DNA of 63,691 nt, filler included, from Reclinomonas americana ATCC 50394 (taxonomy: Eukaryota), in NCBI GenBank assembly GCA_048213135.1. It is 15 parts of 13 records of this genome, joined end to end, with 100 filler letters (N's around TTAATTAATTAA, not from the genome) between each part and the next. Parts side by side here need not be neighbours in the genome. Positions count along the whole stretch, not along the records: positions 41,753 to 45,717 come from PS016032.1; positions 45,818 to 48,073 come from PS016034.1; positions 48,174 to 49,650 come from PS016034.1; positions 49,751 to 60,670 come from PS016035.1; 11 more parts are not named here. One strand, written 5' to 3'. This document shows, in pieces, positions 42,193 through 52,559 of this stretch (positions are counted from its first letter, which is position 1; every line of letters starts with the position of its first letter). Below the pieces are notes generated by a model. The model ran no database searches and was not told where the DNA came from. It saw nothing but the letters and a program-made list of their open reading frames with translations. Made by a program: the position numbers and the translations under genes.

Positions 42193-44999
42193 ATGAGCGA
42201 CACCCCGTCTCTCGTCAGTTGCGAGCCTTCACACACACACTGCACACCAAAGCGCAACACTCATTCCCTTCCTCTCTTCCTCAAGTTGACAATGGCTCCG
42301 GTGTGTGATCACAACAATCACAACTCCCTCTCTTACTCTCTCTCTCTCTCACTGCCTCCCCATTCTCGCCTTTCTTGAACATACAGACAAGTGCAAGGTG
42401 CTTACCTCCCCGCCGCATGCATGCACAGAGCTGTACATTCTCATTCACCACTCCTCCTCACGCAGGCCGGCTTTGGCGGCGATAAAACTTTGCGTGCCGT
42501 GTTCCCTTCGGTCGTGGGCCGGTGAGTGCTCCCTCCCCCTCTCAGCCACCATTATCGATTTCCTTGCGTCTTTTATTGAAATCTCTCTCTCCCTCCCTCC
42601 TATCCCTCCCCCTCTCCCCTCCAACAGCCCAAAGCACCCGGGCAACGGCATCAAGGAAGTCTACGTGGGCGACGAGGCGCAGGCCAAGCGTGACATCCTC
42701 GCGCTACGCTACCCCATTGAGCGCGGCATTGGTGAGTACGAGCACCGTCCCTCCCCGCGGCCCATCATGTGCGTCTCACTTCCGTCCTCCAATGCGCAGT
42801 GACCAACTGGGACGACATGGAGACGCTCTGGCACCACACATTCCACCACGAGTTGCGTGCGGCCCCGGAGGAGCACCGTGTGCTGCTCACCGACGCGCCA
42901 CTCAACCCCAAGGAGAATCGCGAAAAGAGTTGCGCTCCTGTCCGCCCCTCCACCCGCTCTCTCTCTCTTCTCACTGTTTTTTTTAACGCAGTGACGAGCA
43001 TCATGTTCGAGACCTTTAACGTGCCGTCCATGCAGGTTCGGATCCAGGCCGTGCTGTCGCTGTACTCGTCGGGCCGCACCACCGGCGTTGTGGTCGACTC
43101 GGGCGACGGTACGACGAGCTGCGTGCAGATCTACGAGGGCTTTGCGCTGCCGCATGCCATCCAAAAGGTGTTGCTGGGCGGTCGCGATCTCACCGAGTAC
43201 ATGATGAAGGTGTGTGTGTGTGTGTGAGAGAGAGGGAGGGAGGGAGGGAGAAGGGAGGGAGAGGGAGAGAGAAGCGCGAGGGCTTGGTGGTGAAAGAGCA
43301 AGAGAACTCTCTCTCTTTCTCTCTCGTGCTTCACGTTTTCAAAGCTTTTCTTCTGCTGTTTGCGTTTCTCTCACCAGCCTCTCCTTCTGTGCGTGAGAGA
43401 GAGAGAGGGAGAGAGAGGGAGAGAGAAGGGCAAGGACTTGGTGGTGAACGGGCAAGGGAACTCTTTCTCTCTCTCTCTCGTGATTTACGTTTTTAAAAGC
43501 TTTTCTTTTGCTGTTTGCGTTTCTCTCGCCAGCCTCTCCCTCTCTTGTACATGTGCANNNNNNNNNNNNNNNNNNNNNNNNNNNNNNNNNNNNNNNNNNN
43601 NNNNNNNNNNNNNNNNNNNNNNNNNNNNNNNNNNNNNNNNNNNNNNNNNNNNNNNNNNNNNNNNNNNNNNNNNNNNNNNNNNNNNNNNNNNNNNNNNNNN
43701 NNNNNNNNNNNNNNNNNNNNNNNNNNNNNNNNNNNNNNNNNNNNNNNNNNNNNNNNNNNNNNNNNNNNNNNNNNNNNNNNNNNNNNNNNNNNNNNNNNNN
43801 NNNNNNNNNNNNNNNNNNNNNNNNNNNNNNNNNNNNNNNNNNNNNNNNNNNNNNNNNNNNNNNNNNNNNNNNNNNNNNNNNNNNNNNNNNNNNNNNNNNN
43901 NNNNNNNNNNNNNNNNNNNNNNNNNNNNNNNNNNNNNNNNNNNNNNNNNNNNNNNNNNNNNNNNNNNNNNNNNNNNNNNNNNNNNNNNNNNNNNNNNNNN
44001 NNNNNNNNNNNNNNNNNNNNNNNNNNNNNNNNNNNNNNNNNNNNNNNNNNNNNNNNNNNNNNNNNNNNNNNNNNNNNNNNNNNNNNNNNNNNNNNNNNNN
44101 NNNNNNNNNNNNNNNNNNNNNNNNNNNNNNNNNNNNNNNNNNNNNAGAGGGAGGGAGAGGGAAGCGCAAGGACTTGGTGGTGAACGGGCAAGGGAACTCT
44201 CTCTTTCTCTCTCGTGTTTCACGTTTTCAAAGCTTTTCTTCTGCTGTTTGCGTTTCTCTCTTCAGCCTCTCTCTCTCTCTGTGCATGTGTGTGTGAGAGA
44301 AAGAGGGAGAAGGAGAGAGAAGGGAGAGAGAAGCGCAAGAACTTGGTGGTGAACGGGCAAGGGAACTCTTTCTCTCTCTCTCTCTTTCTCGTGTGTGAGT
44401 GCGCCCACTCTTTCGTGTCAGTTGCATCTCTCTGAACGATTACATGCCTGCAGCTGCAGACAGAGTGCGGCCACAACTTCACGTCGTCGGCCGCCGACCG
44501 CGAGATCGTGCGTGACATCAAGGAGAAGCTGGCGTACGTGGCACTCGACTACGACGCCGAGCTGAAGTGCTCGGCGTGTGAGACGACGTACGATCTGCCA
44601 GACGGGCGCGTCATCACTGTCGGGACGGAGCGCTTCCGCTGCCCGGAGGCGCTCTTCAAGCCGTCGCTCATGGGCATGGAGCACGATGGCGTCGACGTCA
44701 TGACCTTCGACTCCATCGAGCGCTGCGACATGGACATTCGCAAGGACCTGTACGGCAGCGTGATGCTCTCGGGCGGCAACACCATGCTGCGCGGCATCGC
44801 CGACCGCCTGCAGAAGGAGCTAAGCCTCCGCGCACCGCCAGCCGTCAAGGTCAAGGTGGTGGCGGCTCCGGAGCGCAATAAGTCGGTGTGGATCGGCGGC
44901 TCCATTGTCGCCTCGGTGTCGTGCTTCGAGAGCGCGTGGGTCACCAGGGCCGAGTTCGAGGAGTCCGGCGTGAGTATCGTGCATCGCAAGTGTTTTTGA
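42193..44999 (+). CDS. Divergent actin / actin-like protein, 8 exons
   Basis: [108 protein letters not shown] and IVHRKCF-TGA. Confidence 0.95.
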
Positions 45000-45269
45000 G
45001 GGCGATGCGGGGATACAGAAGAATAGCGCGTCGACAGGAGTAACAGTAATAGGAACCTTCACTGACCACCTGTGATCGCCAAATTAATTGTAAAACACAA
45101 TCTCCTTTATTGGATGCATCCGCGCCTCCTCAACAACCTCCGCCTTAGGTGTTTTGTGGAAAACAAGAGTGAGACAAGTTCCCGCAGGTCGGGGTGTGTC
45201 CCTATGTGCGCGCAAACCATCACGCGCGAGGTACAGTGGAACCGTCTAGAACACAATCGCCACGAGGCG

Positions 45270-45717
45270 TGGCCATGTCTTGGACGGAGAGTCGACGGCG
45301 TCATCGACTGGAGGAGGAGGAGGAGGAGAAGGAAGGGCCATGTCACATACCTGTGTCTTGAATCGAACCTTCTGAGAGAAGCGGGTGCCATCTGCTGGAG
45401 AGGAAGGAACGTCCATGTCGCATAACCGAGTCTTGGGTCGATCCTGGACGGAGACATGAGGGCGCCATCGACTGGAGGAGGAGGAGGAGGAGAAGGAAGG
45501 GCCATGTCACATACCTGTGTCTTGAATCGAACCTTCTGAGAGAAGCGGGTGCCATCTGCTGGAGGGGAAGGAAAGTCCATGTCGCATATCTTAGTCTTGG
45601 GTCGATCCTGGACGGAGACATGAGGGCGCCATCGACTGGAGGGGCAGGAGGAGAAGGAAGGGCCATGTCACATACCTGTGTCTTGAATCGAACCTTCTGA
45701 GAGAAGAAGGCGCCATC
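45270..45717. repeat. Tandem minisatellite, ~162-bp unit, at least 2.5 copies, running into a gap
   Basis: GGCCATGTCACATACCTGTGTCTTGAATCGAACCTTCTGAGAGAAG recurs at about 45336, 45500 and 45661. Confidence 0.9.
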
Positions 45718-47299
45718 NNNNNNNNNNNNNNNNNNNNNNNNNNNNNNNNNNNNNNNNNNNNTTAATTAATTAANNNNNNNNNNNNNNNNNNNNNNNNNNN
45801 NNNNNNNNNNNNNNNNNTCTCGTCTCTTTCACTCTGTCTTCCTTCGAGCTCTCTTGGCTCTCTGTGTGCCACCGCTGCGACTGTCCCTTCCACTCTTTGG
45901 AACCGCGACGATCTGTATACATGTATGGTGTATATGAGTGCGATCGATTGTTCCTCGCCAACCACTGGATGTTCGCAGGGTCTCGCTGTGCCTGGGATGA
46001 AGAGAACACTGTTTCGAGTGGAAGCAGTTCATCGACAAGCGGTGCGTCTGGATGCTGCGCTGCTGTGTGCGCTCTCCAATTTCCAACATGTGCCCATCCG
46101 AACAGATCGCCGAGAGACTGCGGAAGCGATAGCCGAGGTTGAAACAACGAACGGGGCGCTGCGTCGCTTCGCAAAGCGGTGGAAGGTATTCTTGTGTGCT
46201 TGTCGCGCGCTGGTGTCGCTGGTGCACCAAATTGATGTCGCTTCGCAGAATCATGATCTGCCTCTTGAGTTGGTGCCGTGGACATTCGTGGTCATATGGT
46301 GAGTCTGGAGTAAGCAAAGGGAAACCGTTCACTCCTTGCCCCTGTCTTTAGGGGGAAATTGGGGGCGACATTGCTGATTCTGTGTTGCGAATTAGGCTCA
46401 CCGGCATCTTCCTCATCATCATGACCCTGATCACGGCGTCGCGGTGGGTCTCCATTCGCCAATGTAGGCCATTTCGATTGCCCTGTTAGATTCACGTTTC
46501 GCGCTTATACAGAGTGCTGAATGATTTGGAGGCGGCTGGCAACGGTGGTCTGATTGCCTCGGCGTGTGGAATCAGGTATGGGAACGTGTCCTTCTGTCGC
46601 TTGAGCATTGCACAAGATCGCGTACGTGCTAACTGACAATAATGTGCACGGCAGCGGTGTGTCTGCGTGTGTGGGTACTGTTGTTCTTCTGTCTGTGTTT
46701 GCTCACGAATAATCCCCTCTGCGTACTTTCTGCCGCACCTGGTCGCACATAATCAGTGGTGAGTGCTTTGGTCTATCACACACTGCCTGCTTGAGTTTTG
46801 AACGCAAATGCCTCTGCCTGCAGGGTCAAGGTGTGACGAAGAGGGTATGAGTGTTCTTCGCAAGTCAAACTCACTTTGCGTGTTGCAGACATCCTGATCA
46901 ACGAGCCGCTCAAGATCGTCTTCTTTGCCTTCCTCGGTGCGTGGCGTGGTCGGCGGTATGGATGGCGATGACTCGATGCTGACTCTGTTTTTGCGTCGCA
47001 GGGCTGAGTCACACAGCCATGCTGTCGAGTGCGACTGCTAGCGCTGTTGTGAAGGTTGTGAACGTGGCGACGTGAGGAAACCAGTGAACCACAGCGAGTT
47101 ACATTGTACGGGGAAAAGAGAAGTCACGCGAGTGGGAGGAAGATGCACACAACGATCCACACAAGCACGAGAATGCGAGGTGCCGTAGGCCACTCTACTG
47201 GCTGGCAAGGATGAACAACTAAGAACCGAGAGAATGGGAGGGCTCACCAGCCGAGAATAGCCAAATGTGAGAGAATGGGAGGCTCCTCCGCCCGTTTTT

Positions 47300-48060
47300 G
47301 CGTAGAACATGGGCAACAGGAAATAGTACACAGCTGCACGGAGCAACCAGGTACGAGAGAGTGAGAGGCAACAAATTGGGAGCAACGGACAACGAGAAAA
47401 TGAGAGGCTCATGTACCAGTCTCCGCGAGGAACGTGGGCAACAGGATATAGTACACAGCTGCACGGAGCAACCAGGTACGAGAGAATGTGAGGCAACGAA
47501 CAGAGAGCAACGAAGAACGAGAAAACAAGAGGGCTCACGTGCCAGTCTCCGCGTAGAATATGGGCAGCAGGAAATAGTACACAGCTTCACGGAGCAACCA
47601 AGTATGAGAGAAGGAGAGGCAAAGAAGAGAGAGCAACGAAGAACGAGAGAACAAGAGGGCTCACGTGCCAGTCTCCGCGTATAGTATAGGAAACAAAGAA
47701 CGAGCGAGAGTGCTTGTCAGTCAACCTCCGCGCAGAATGCGGGCAACAGGAAATAGCACGTGGAAAATAATGACAGTGACCAACAGGAGAGAGAAGTCAG
47801 CCTTTTCACAGACGACAGCCAGCGAACGACAGAATGGAAGGCGATGTTGTCGCGGTCGCCAGAGCCGAGAATTGCACTAACAAGCCCCATATATTCAGCG
47901 TAGGCATGCAGAGTGAGAAATAGCACGTGGAAAACAATGACAGTGACCAACAGGAGAGAGAAGTCAGCCTTTTCACAGACGACAGCCAGCGAACGACAGA
48001 ATGGAAGGCAATGTTGTCGCGGTCGCCAGAGCCGAGAATTGCACTAACAAGCCCACATAT
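47300..48060. repeat. Degenerate ~125-bp tandem array (47300-47700) followed by a ~167-bp direct duplication (47750-48060)
   Basis: GGGCA.CAGGA.ATAGTACACAGCT.CACGGAGCAACCA occurs three times. GAAATAGCACGTGGAAAA...GAATTGCACTAACAAGCCC occurs twice. Confidence 0.85.
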
Positions 48061-48715
48061 ATTCAGAGTGGGCNNNNNNNNNNNNNNNNNNNNNNNNNNN
48101 NNNNNNNNNNNNNNNNNTTAATTAATTAANNNNNNNNNNNNNNNNNNNNNNNNNNNNNNNNNNNNNNNNNNNNTCTTCCTCTCCCTCTCCCTCGCTCCTT
48201 TCTCTCTCTCTTCTTGTATGCTGCCTCCCTCCTCTCTCTCTCCCTTCCTCCTCCTTTTTCCTCTCCCTCCTTTCTCTCTCTCTCTCTTCCCGCACTCTCT
48301 CTTCCTGTGTGTGAGAGAGAGCACGGTTGCCTTCCCGACTTTCTCCCTCTTACTCTGTCACCTTGTGCATGCGGCATGCGTGATTGTGAGGCATGTTTGT
48401 TTGCCTGCCTCACTCTCTTCCTCTCCCTCTCCCTCTCCCTCTCCCTCTCCCTCTCCCTCTCTCCCTCTCCCTCTCCCTTCCTCCCTCCTTTTTCCTCTCC
48501 TTCCTTTCTCTCTCTCTCCGCACTCTCTCTTCCTGTGTGTGAGAGAGAGCACGGTTGCCTTTTCGACTTTCCCTCTCCTCCGCTCTCTTCTCTCCTCCCT
48601 CTTTCCCTTCTCCCCTCTCCCTCGCTCCTATCTCTCTTCTCCTCCTTCTCCCTCTCCTCCCCCCCCCTCCTTCCCTCTCTTCCCTCCTCCTTACCCTTCG
48701 TTTCTCCCTTTCCAG

Positions 48716-49650
48716 GTCTTTCGGGGACACACTAGTTGGGTGCTTTTTGTTGCCATCACCCCCGACAGCCGCCACATTGTGAGCGGCAGCTGGGACAATA
48801 CCGTGCGCGTGTGGTCCCTCGCGAACGGTGAGGAGGTGCGACGATTGGAGGGACACACTGGAGCGGTGCTGTCGGTCGCTGTGAGCCGTCGCGGTCAGCT
48901 CGTTGTTAGCGGGGGTGGGGATCGGACAGTGCGAGTGTGGTCGCTGACGAGCGGGAAGGAGGTGCGACGACTGGAGGGTCACACTGGTCGAGTGAACTCG
49001 GTCGCCGTGTCTCCCGACGACGAACACATCGTCAGCGGGGGCGGGGACATGACAGTGCGTGTGTGGTCGCTGACGAGTGGAGAACAAGTGCGTCGATTGG
49101 AGGGACACACCTCCGACGTGATGCGTGTCACGATGACGCCGGATTGCCTGTACATTGTGAGCGGGAGCGACGACACAACCGTGCGAGTGTGGTCCGTGGC
49201 GAGCGGGGAAGAGGTGTGGCGGTGTGAGAGACACACCGATATGGTGCGGTCTCTCGCCGTGACTCCCGATGGTCAGCACGTAGCCAGTGCAAGTGACGAC
49301 GCGACCATTCGAGTGTGGTGCATGGCGAGTGGAAAAGAAGTGTATTGGTTGAAGGGGCACATCAATGGGGTGACATCTCTCGCCATCTCTCTCAACGGGC
49401 AGCACCTTGTGAGTGGGAGTGACGATATGACGATCCGAGTGTGGTCCACGCTGTGTGGCCTCGCCCATCTCGAGCTCGACTGCGCACGATCGGTCATGCT
49501 CATCGTCCAGGAGATGCAGGAGGCAGGCACCGGAGAGGAAGTGGACTCGCGATGCCTGCCAGAGATGGTGCTGCGCTGCTTCATCGTCGAGGAGGCGGAG
49601 GTAATGGTGCACCGTCGAGGCCTCGTTGACCAGCCGCAGTTTTGGAGTGA
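48716..49650 (+). CDS. WD40-repeat protein copy 1 (6 repeats + type A C-terminal domain), main exon
   Basis: Acceptor TTCCAG|GTC, then GH...D..VRVW repeats of 42 aa and the tail GLAHLELDCARSVMLIVQEMQE...DSRCLPEMVLRCFIVEEAEV. Confidence 0.92.
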
Positions 49651-49750
49651 NNNNNNNNNNNNNNNNNNNNNNNNNNNNNNNNNNNNNNNNNNNNTTAATT
49701 AATTAANNNNNNNNNNNNNNNNNNNNNNNNNNNNNNNNNNNNNNNNNNNN

Positions 49751-50268
49751 CGGTTTGGTCTGTCGCTGTCACTCCCGATGGTCGGCACATTGTGAGCGGA
49801 GGTCGGGACACTACTGTGCGATTGTGGTCTGTCGCGAGTGGAGAAGAGGTGCGGCGGTTGGAGGGACACACTGGCCATGGTTGGGTGCTCTCTGTTGCCG
49901 TCACCTCCGACGGCCAGCACATCGTGAGTGCGGGTTCCCAAGACAGCACCGTTCGGGTGTGGTCGCTGGCGGGTGGCGAGGAAGTGCGGCGGTTGGAGGG
50001 ACACACTGACTCGGTATGGTCTGTTGCCGTCACTCTCGATGGACAACACATCGTGAGTGGCAGTCGGGACGGGACGATCCGTGTGTGGTCCACGCCGCGT
50101 GGGCTTGTCCGGCAAGAGCTTGCGGCCGCGCGATCAGCCGTGCTGGCTGTCAACGAGCTGCTTGCTGACGACCACCATGACTGGAACCTGGTCGACGTCG
50201 TGCTGCGGTGTTTTGTGCTGGAGGATGCAGAGGTGATTGAACGCCGTGCGCCAGAGTGGTTGATGTAG
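49751..50268 (+). CDS. WD40-repeat protein copy 2, 3' part (3 visible repeats + type B C-terminal domain)
   Basis: ...GHTDSVWSVAVTLDGQHIVSGSRDGTIRVWSTPRGLVRQELAAARSAVLAVNELLADDHHDWNLVDVVLRCFVLEDAEVIERRAPEWLM-TAG. Confidence 0.9.
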
Positions 50269-50352
50269 AGAATGTCGTCCTTGTCGCCGCAATCAAGTCG
50301 ATTCATTTCAGTCGGATAATAGCTGTTGATCTCACGTGTACGCGAGAGCGGA

Positions 50353-50364
50353 ATGTCGACAAAG
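50353..50364 (+). CDS. First micro-exon (MSTK) of another WD40-family gene; the body is in a gap or is copy 1
   Basis: ATGTCGACAAAG|GTGTGA matches the MATK/MTTK first exons of the other copies. The following intron resembles 48290-48420. Confidence 0.65.
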
Positions 50365-51764
50365 GTGTGAGCGCCTGTGTGTGTGAGAGAGAGAGAGAGA
50401 TGTCATCTCTGTCTGCCTGTCTCTCCACACTCTCCCTTCTTGTGTGTGAGAGAGATCGTGGTTGCTTTCCTGAATCTCTCTCACCCACTCCGTCTCCTTG
50501 TGTATGTGAGGTCTGCCTGTCTCCCCCCCCACACACACACACACTCTCTCTCTGTTTCTGTTTCTTTCTTTCTTTTCAGAGAGAGCATGGCCTTCCCGAC
50601 TTTCTCTCTCTCTTTTTCTCTCTGTCACCTTGTGTCTGCTGCGATACGTGTTTGTGAGATCATGTTTGTTTGCCTGCCTCACTCTTTCTTCTCTCCTTCT
50701 CCCTCGCTGCGCTCCTTTCTCTCTCTCTTCTTGTTTGCTCCCTCCCTCTCTCTCTCTCTCTCTCTCTTCTCCCTCCNNNNNNNNNNNNNNNNNNNNNNNN
50801 NNNNNNNNNNNNNNNNNNNNNNNNNNNNNNNNNNNNNNNNNNNNNNNNNNNNNNNNNNNNNNNNNNNNNNNNNNNNNNNNNNNNNNNNNNNNNNNNNNNN
50901 NNNNNNNNNNNNNNNNNNNNNNNNNNNNNNNNNNNNNNNNNNNNNNNNNNNNNNNNNNNNNNNNNNNNNNNNNNNNNNNNNNNNNNNNNNNNNNNNNNNN
51001 NNNNNNNNNNNNNNNNNNNNNNNNNNNNNNNNNNNNNNNNNNNNNNNNNNNNNNNNNNNNNNNNNNNNNNNNNNNNNNNNNNNNNNNNNNNNNNNNNNNN
51101 NNNNNNNNNNNNNNNNNNNNNNNNNNNNNNNNNNNNNNNNNNNNNNNNNNNNNNNNNNNNNNNNNNNNNNNNNNNNNNNNNNNNNNNNNNNNNNNNNNNN
51201 NNNNNNNNNNNNNNNNNNNNNNNNNNNNNNNNNNNNNNNNNNNNNNNNNNNNNNNNNNNNNNNNNNNNNNNNNNNNNNNNNNNNNNNNNNNNNNNNNNNN
51301 NNNNNNNNNNNNNNNNNNNNNNNNNNNNNNNNNNNNNNNNNNNNNNNNNNNNNNNNNNNNNNNNNNNNNNNNNNNNNNNNNNNNNNNNNNNNNNNNNNNN
51401 NNNNNNNNNNNNNNNNNNNNNNNNNNNNNNNNNNNNNNNNNNNNNNNNNNNNNNNNNNNNNNNNNNNNNNNNNNNNNNNNNNNNNNNNNNNNNNNNNNNN
51501 NNNNNNNNNNNNNNNNNNNNNNNNNNNNNNNNNNNNNNNNNNNNNNNNNNNNNNNNNNNNNNNNNNNNNNNNNNNNNNNNNNNNNNNNNNNNNNNNNNNN
51601 NNNNNNNNNNNNNNNNNNNNNNNNNNNNNNNNNNNNNNNNNNNNNNNNNNNNNNNNNNNNNNNNNNNNNNNNNNNNNNNNNNNNNNNNNNNNNNNNNNNN
51701 NNNNNNNNNNNNNNNNNNNNNNNNNNNNNNNNNNNNNNNNNNNNNNNNNNNNNNNNNNNNNNNN

Positions 51765-52427
51765 CACTAGTGTGTCCCTCCAACCGTCGCACCTCATCCA
51801 GATCGCGACTCGCGAGAGACCACACTCGCAGTATGGTGTCCTCACCTCCGCCCACAATGTGCTGGCAATCGGGCGTGACAACGATGGACCACACCATACC
51901 ACAACGATATTTAGACTGTCGAACCTCTGCGCCAGTTGCCAGCGACCACACACGCAAAATGCCATCGTGACTGTCACTCACGATGTGCTGACCATCGGGA
52001 GAGATGGCCACAGCCGGCGCTCCTGCGACAGCTTCATCGAACCGTCTCACTTCCTCTCCGCTCGGAAAGGACCACACTCTCACTGTCTTGTCCATGCCGC
52101 CAGTCACAATGTGCTGGCCGTCGGGAGAGATGGCGACAGACCACACCTTGTCAGTGTGTCCTTCCAACCGTCGAACTTCTTTGCCACTCGCCAACGACCA
52201 AACTCGCACAGTCTTGTCGAAGCCTCCGCTCACGATGAACAGGCCGTCGGGAGAGACGGCGACACACTTCACCGCGTCTGTGTGGCCCCGCAAGATCTGT
52301 GTCGACCATGGGTACAAGAGTGAGAGAGAGAGAGAGGGAGAGAGAGAGAGAGAGGGAGAGCAACAGCCACCAACACGACTCTCTCCCAAACACACACGCG
52401 TGTGTGTAAGCGCACCTTGGTTGTCAT
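51765..52427 (-). CDS. WD40-repeat protein copy 3, 5' part (MTTK|ILRGHTDAV..., 4+ repeats)
   Basis: ATGACAACCAAG|GTGCGC, acceptor GACACAG, then WD40 repeats until the gap. Confidence 0.9.
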
Positions 52428-52559
52428 TGGAATGAGGAACAATAAATGACTCTGCAGTCCTCTCTCTTTGCAGGATCGCGTCTGTTGACTTCCTGTCTTC
52501 GGAGAGCAAGCCACTTGGTTGGTACTCTACTGCGGTGGTCTCGAAGAGTCTGTTCTCGC

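Noticed and set aside
42217..42224. Reading GTTGCG sites as non-canonical G|TT donors
   Set aside because: That cut would break conserved actin residues (LVIDNG and REKMT). The cut before GT restores them.
45270..48060. Repeat arrays as CRISPR-like
   Set aside because: The units are contiguous 125-167 bp tandem copies with no unique spacers, in eukaryotic context with no cas genes.
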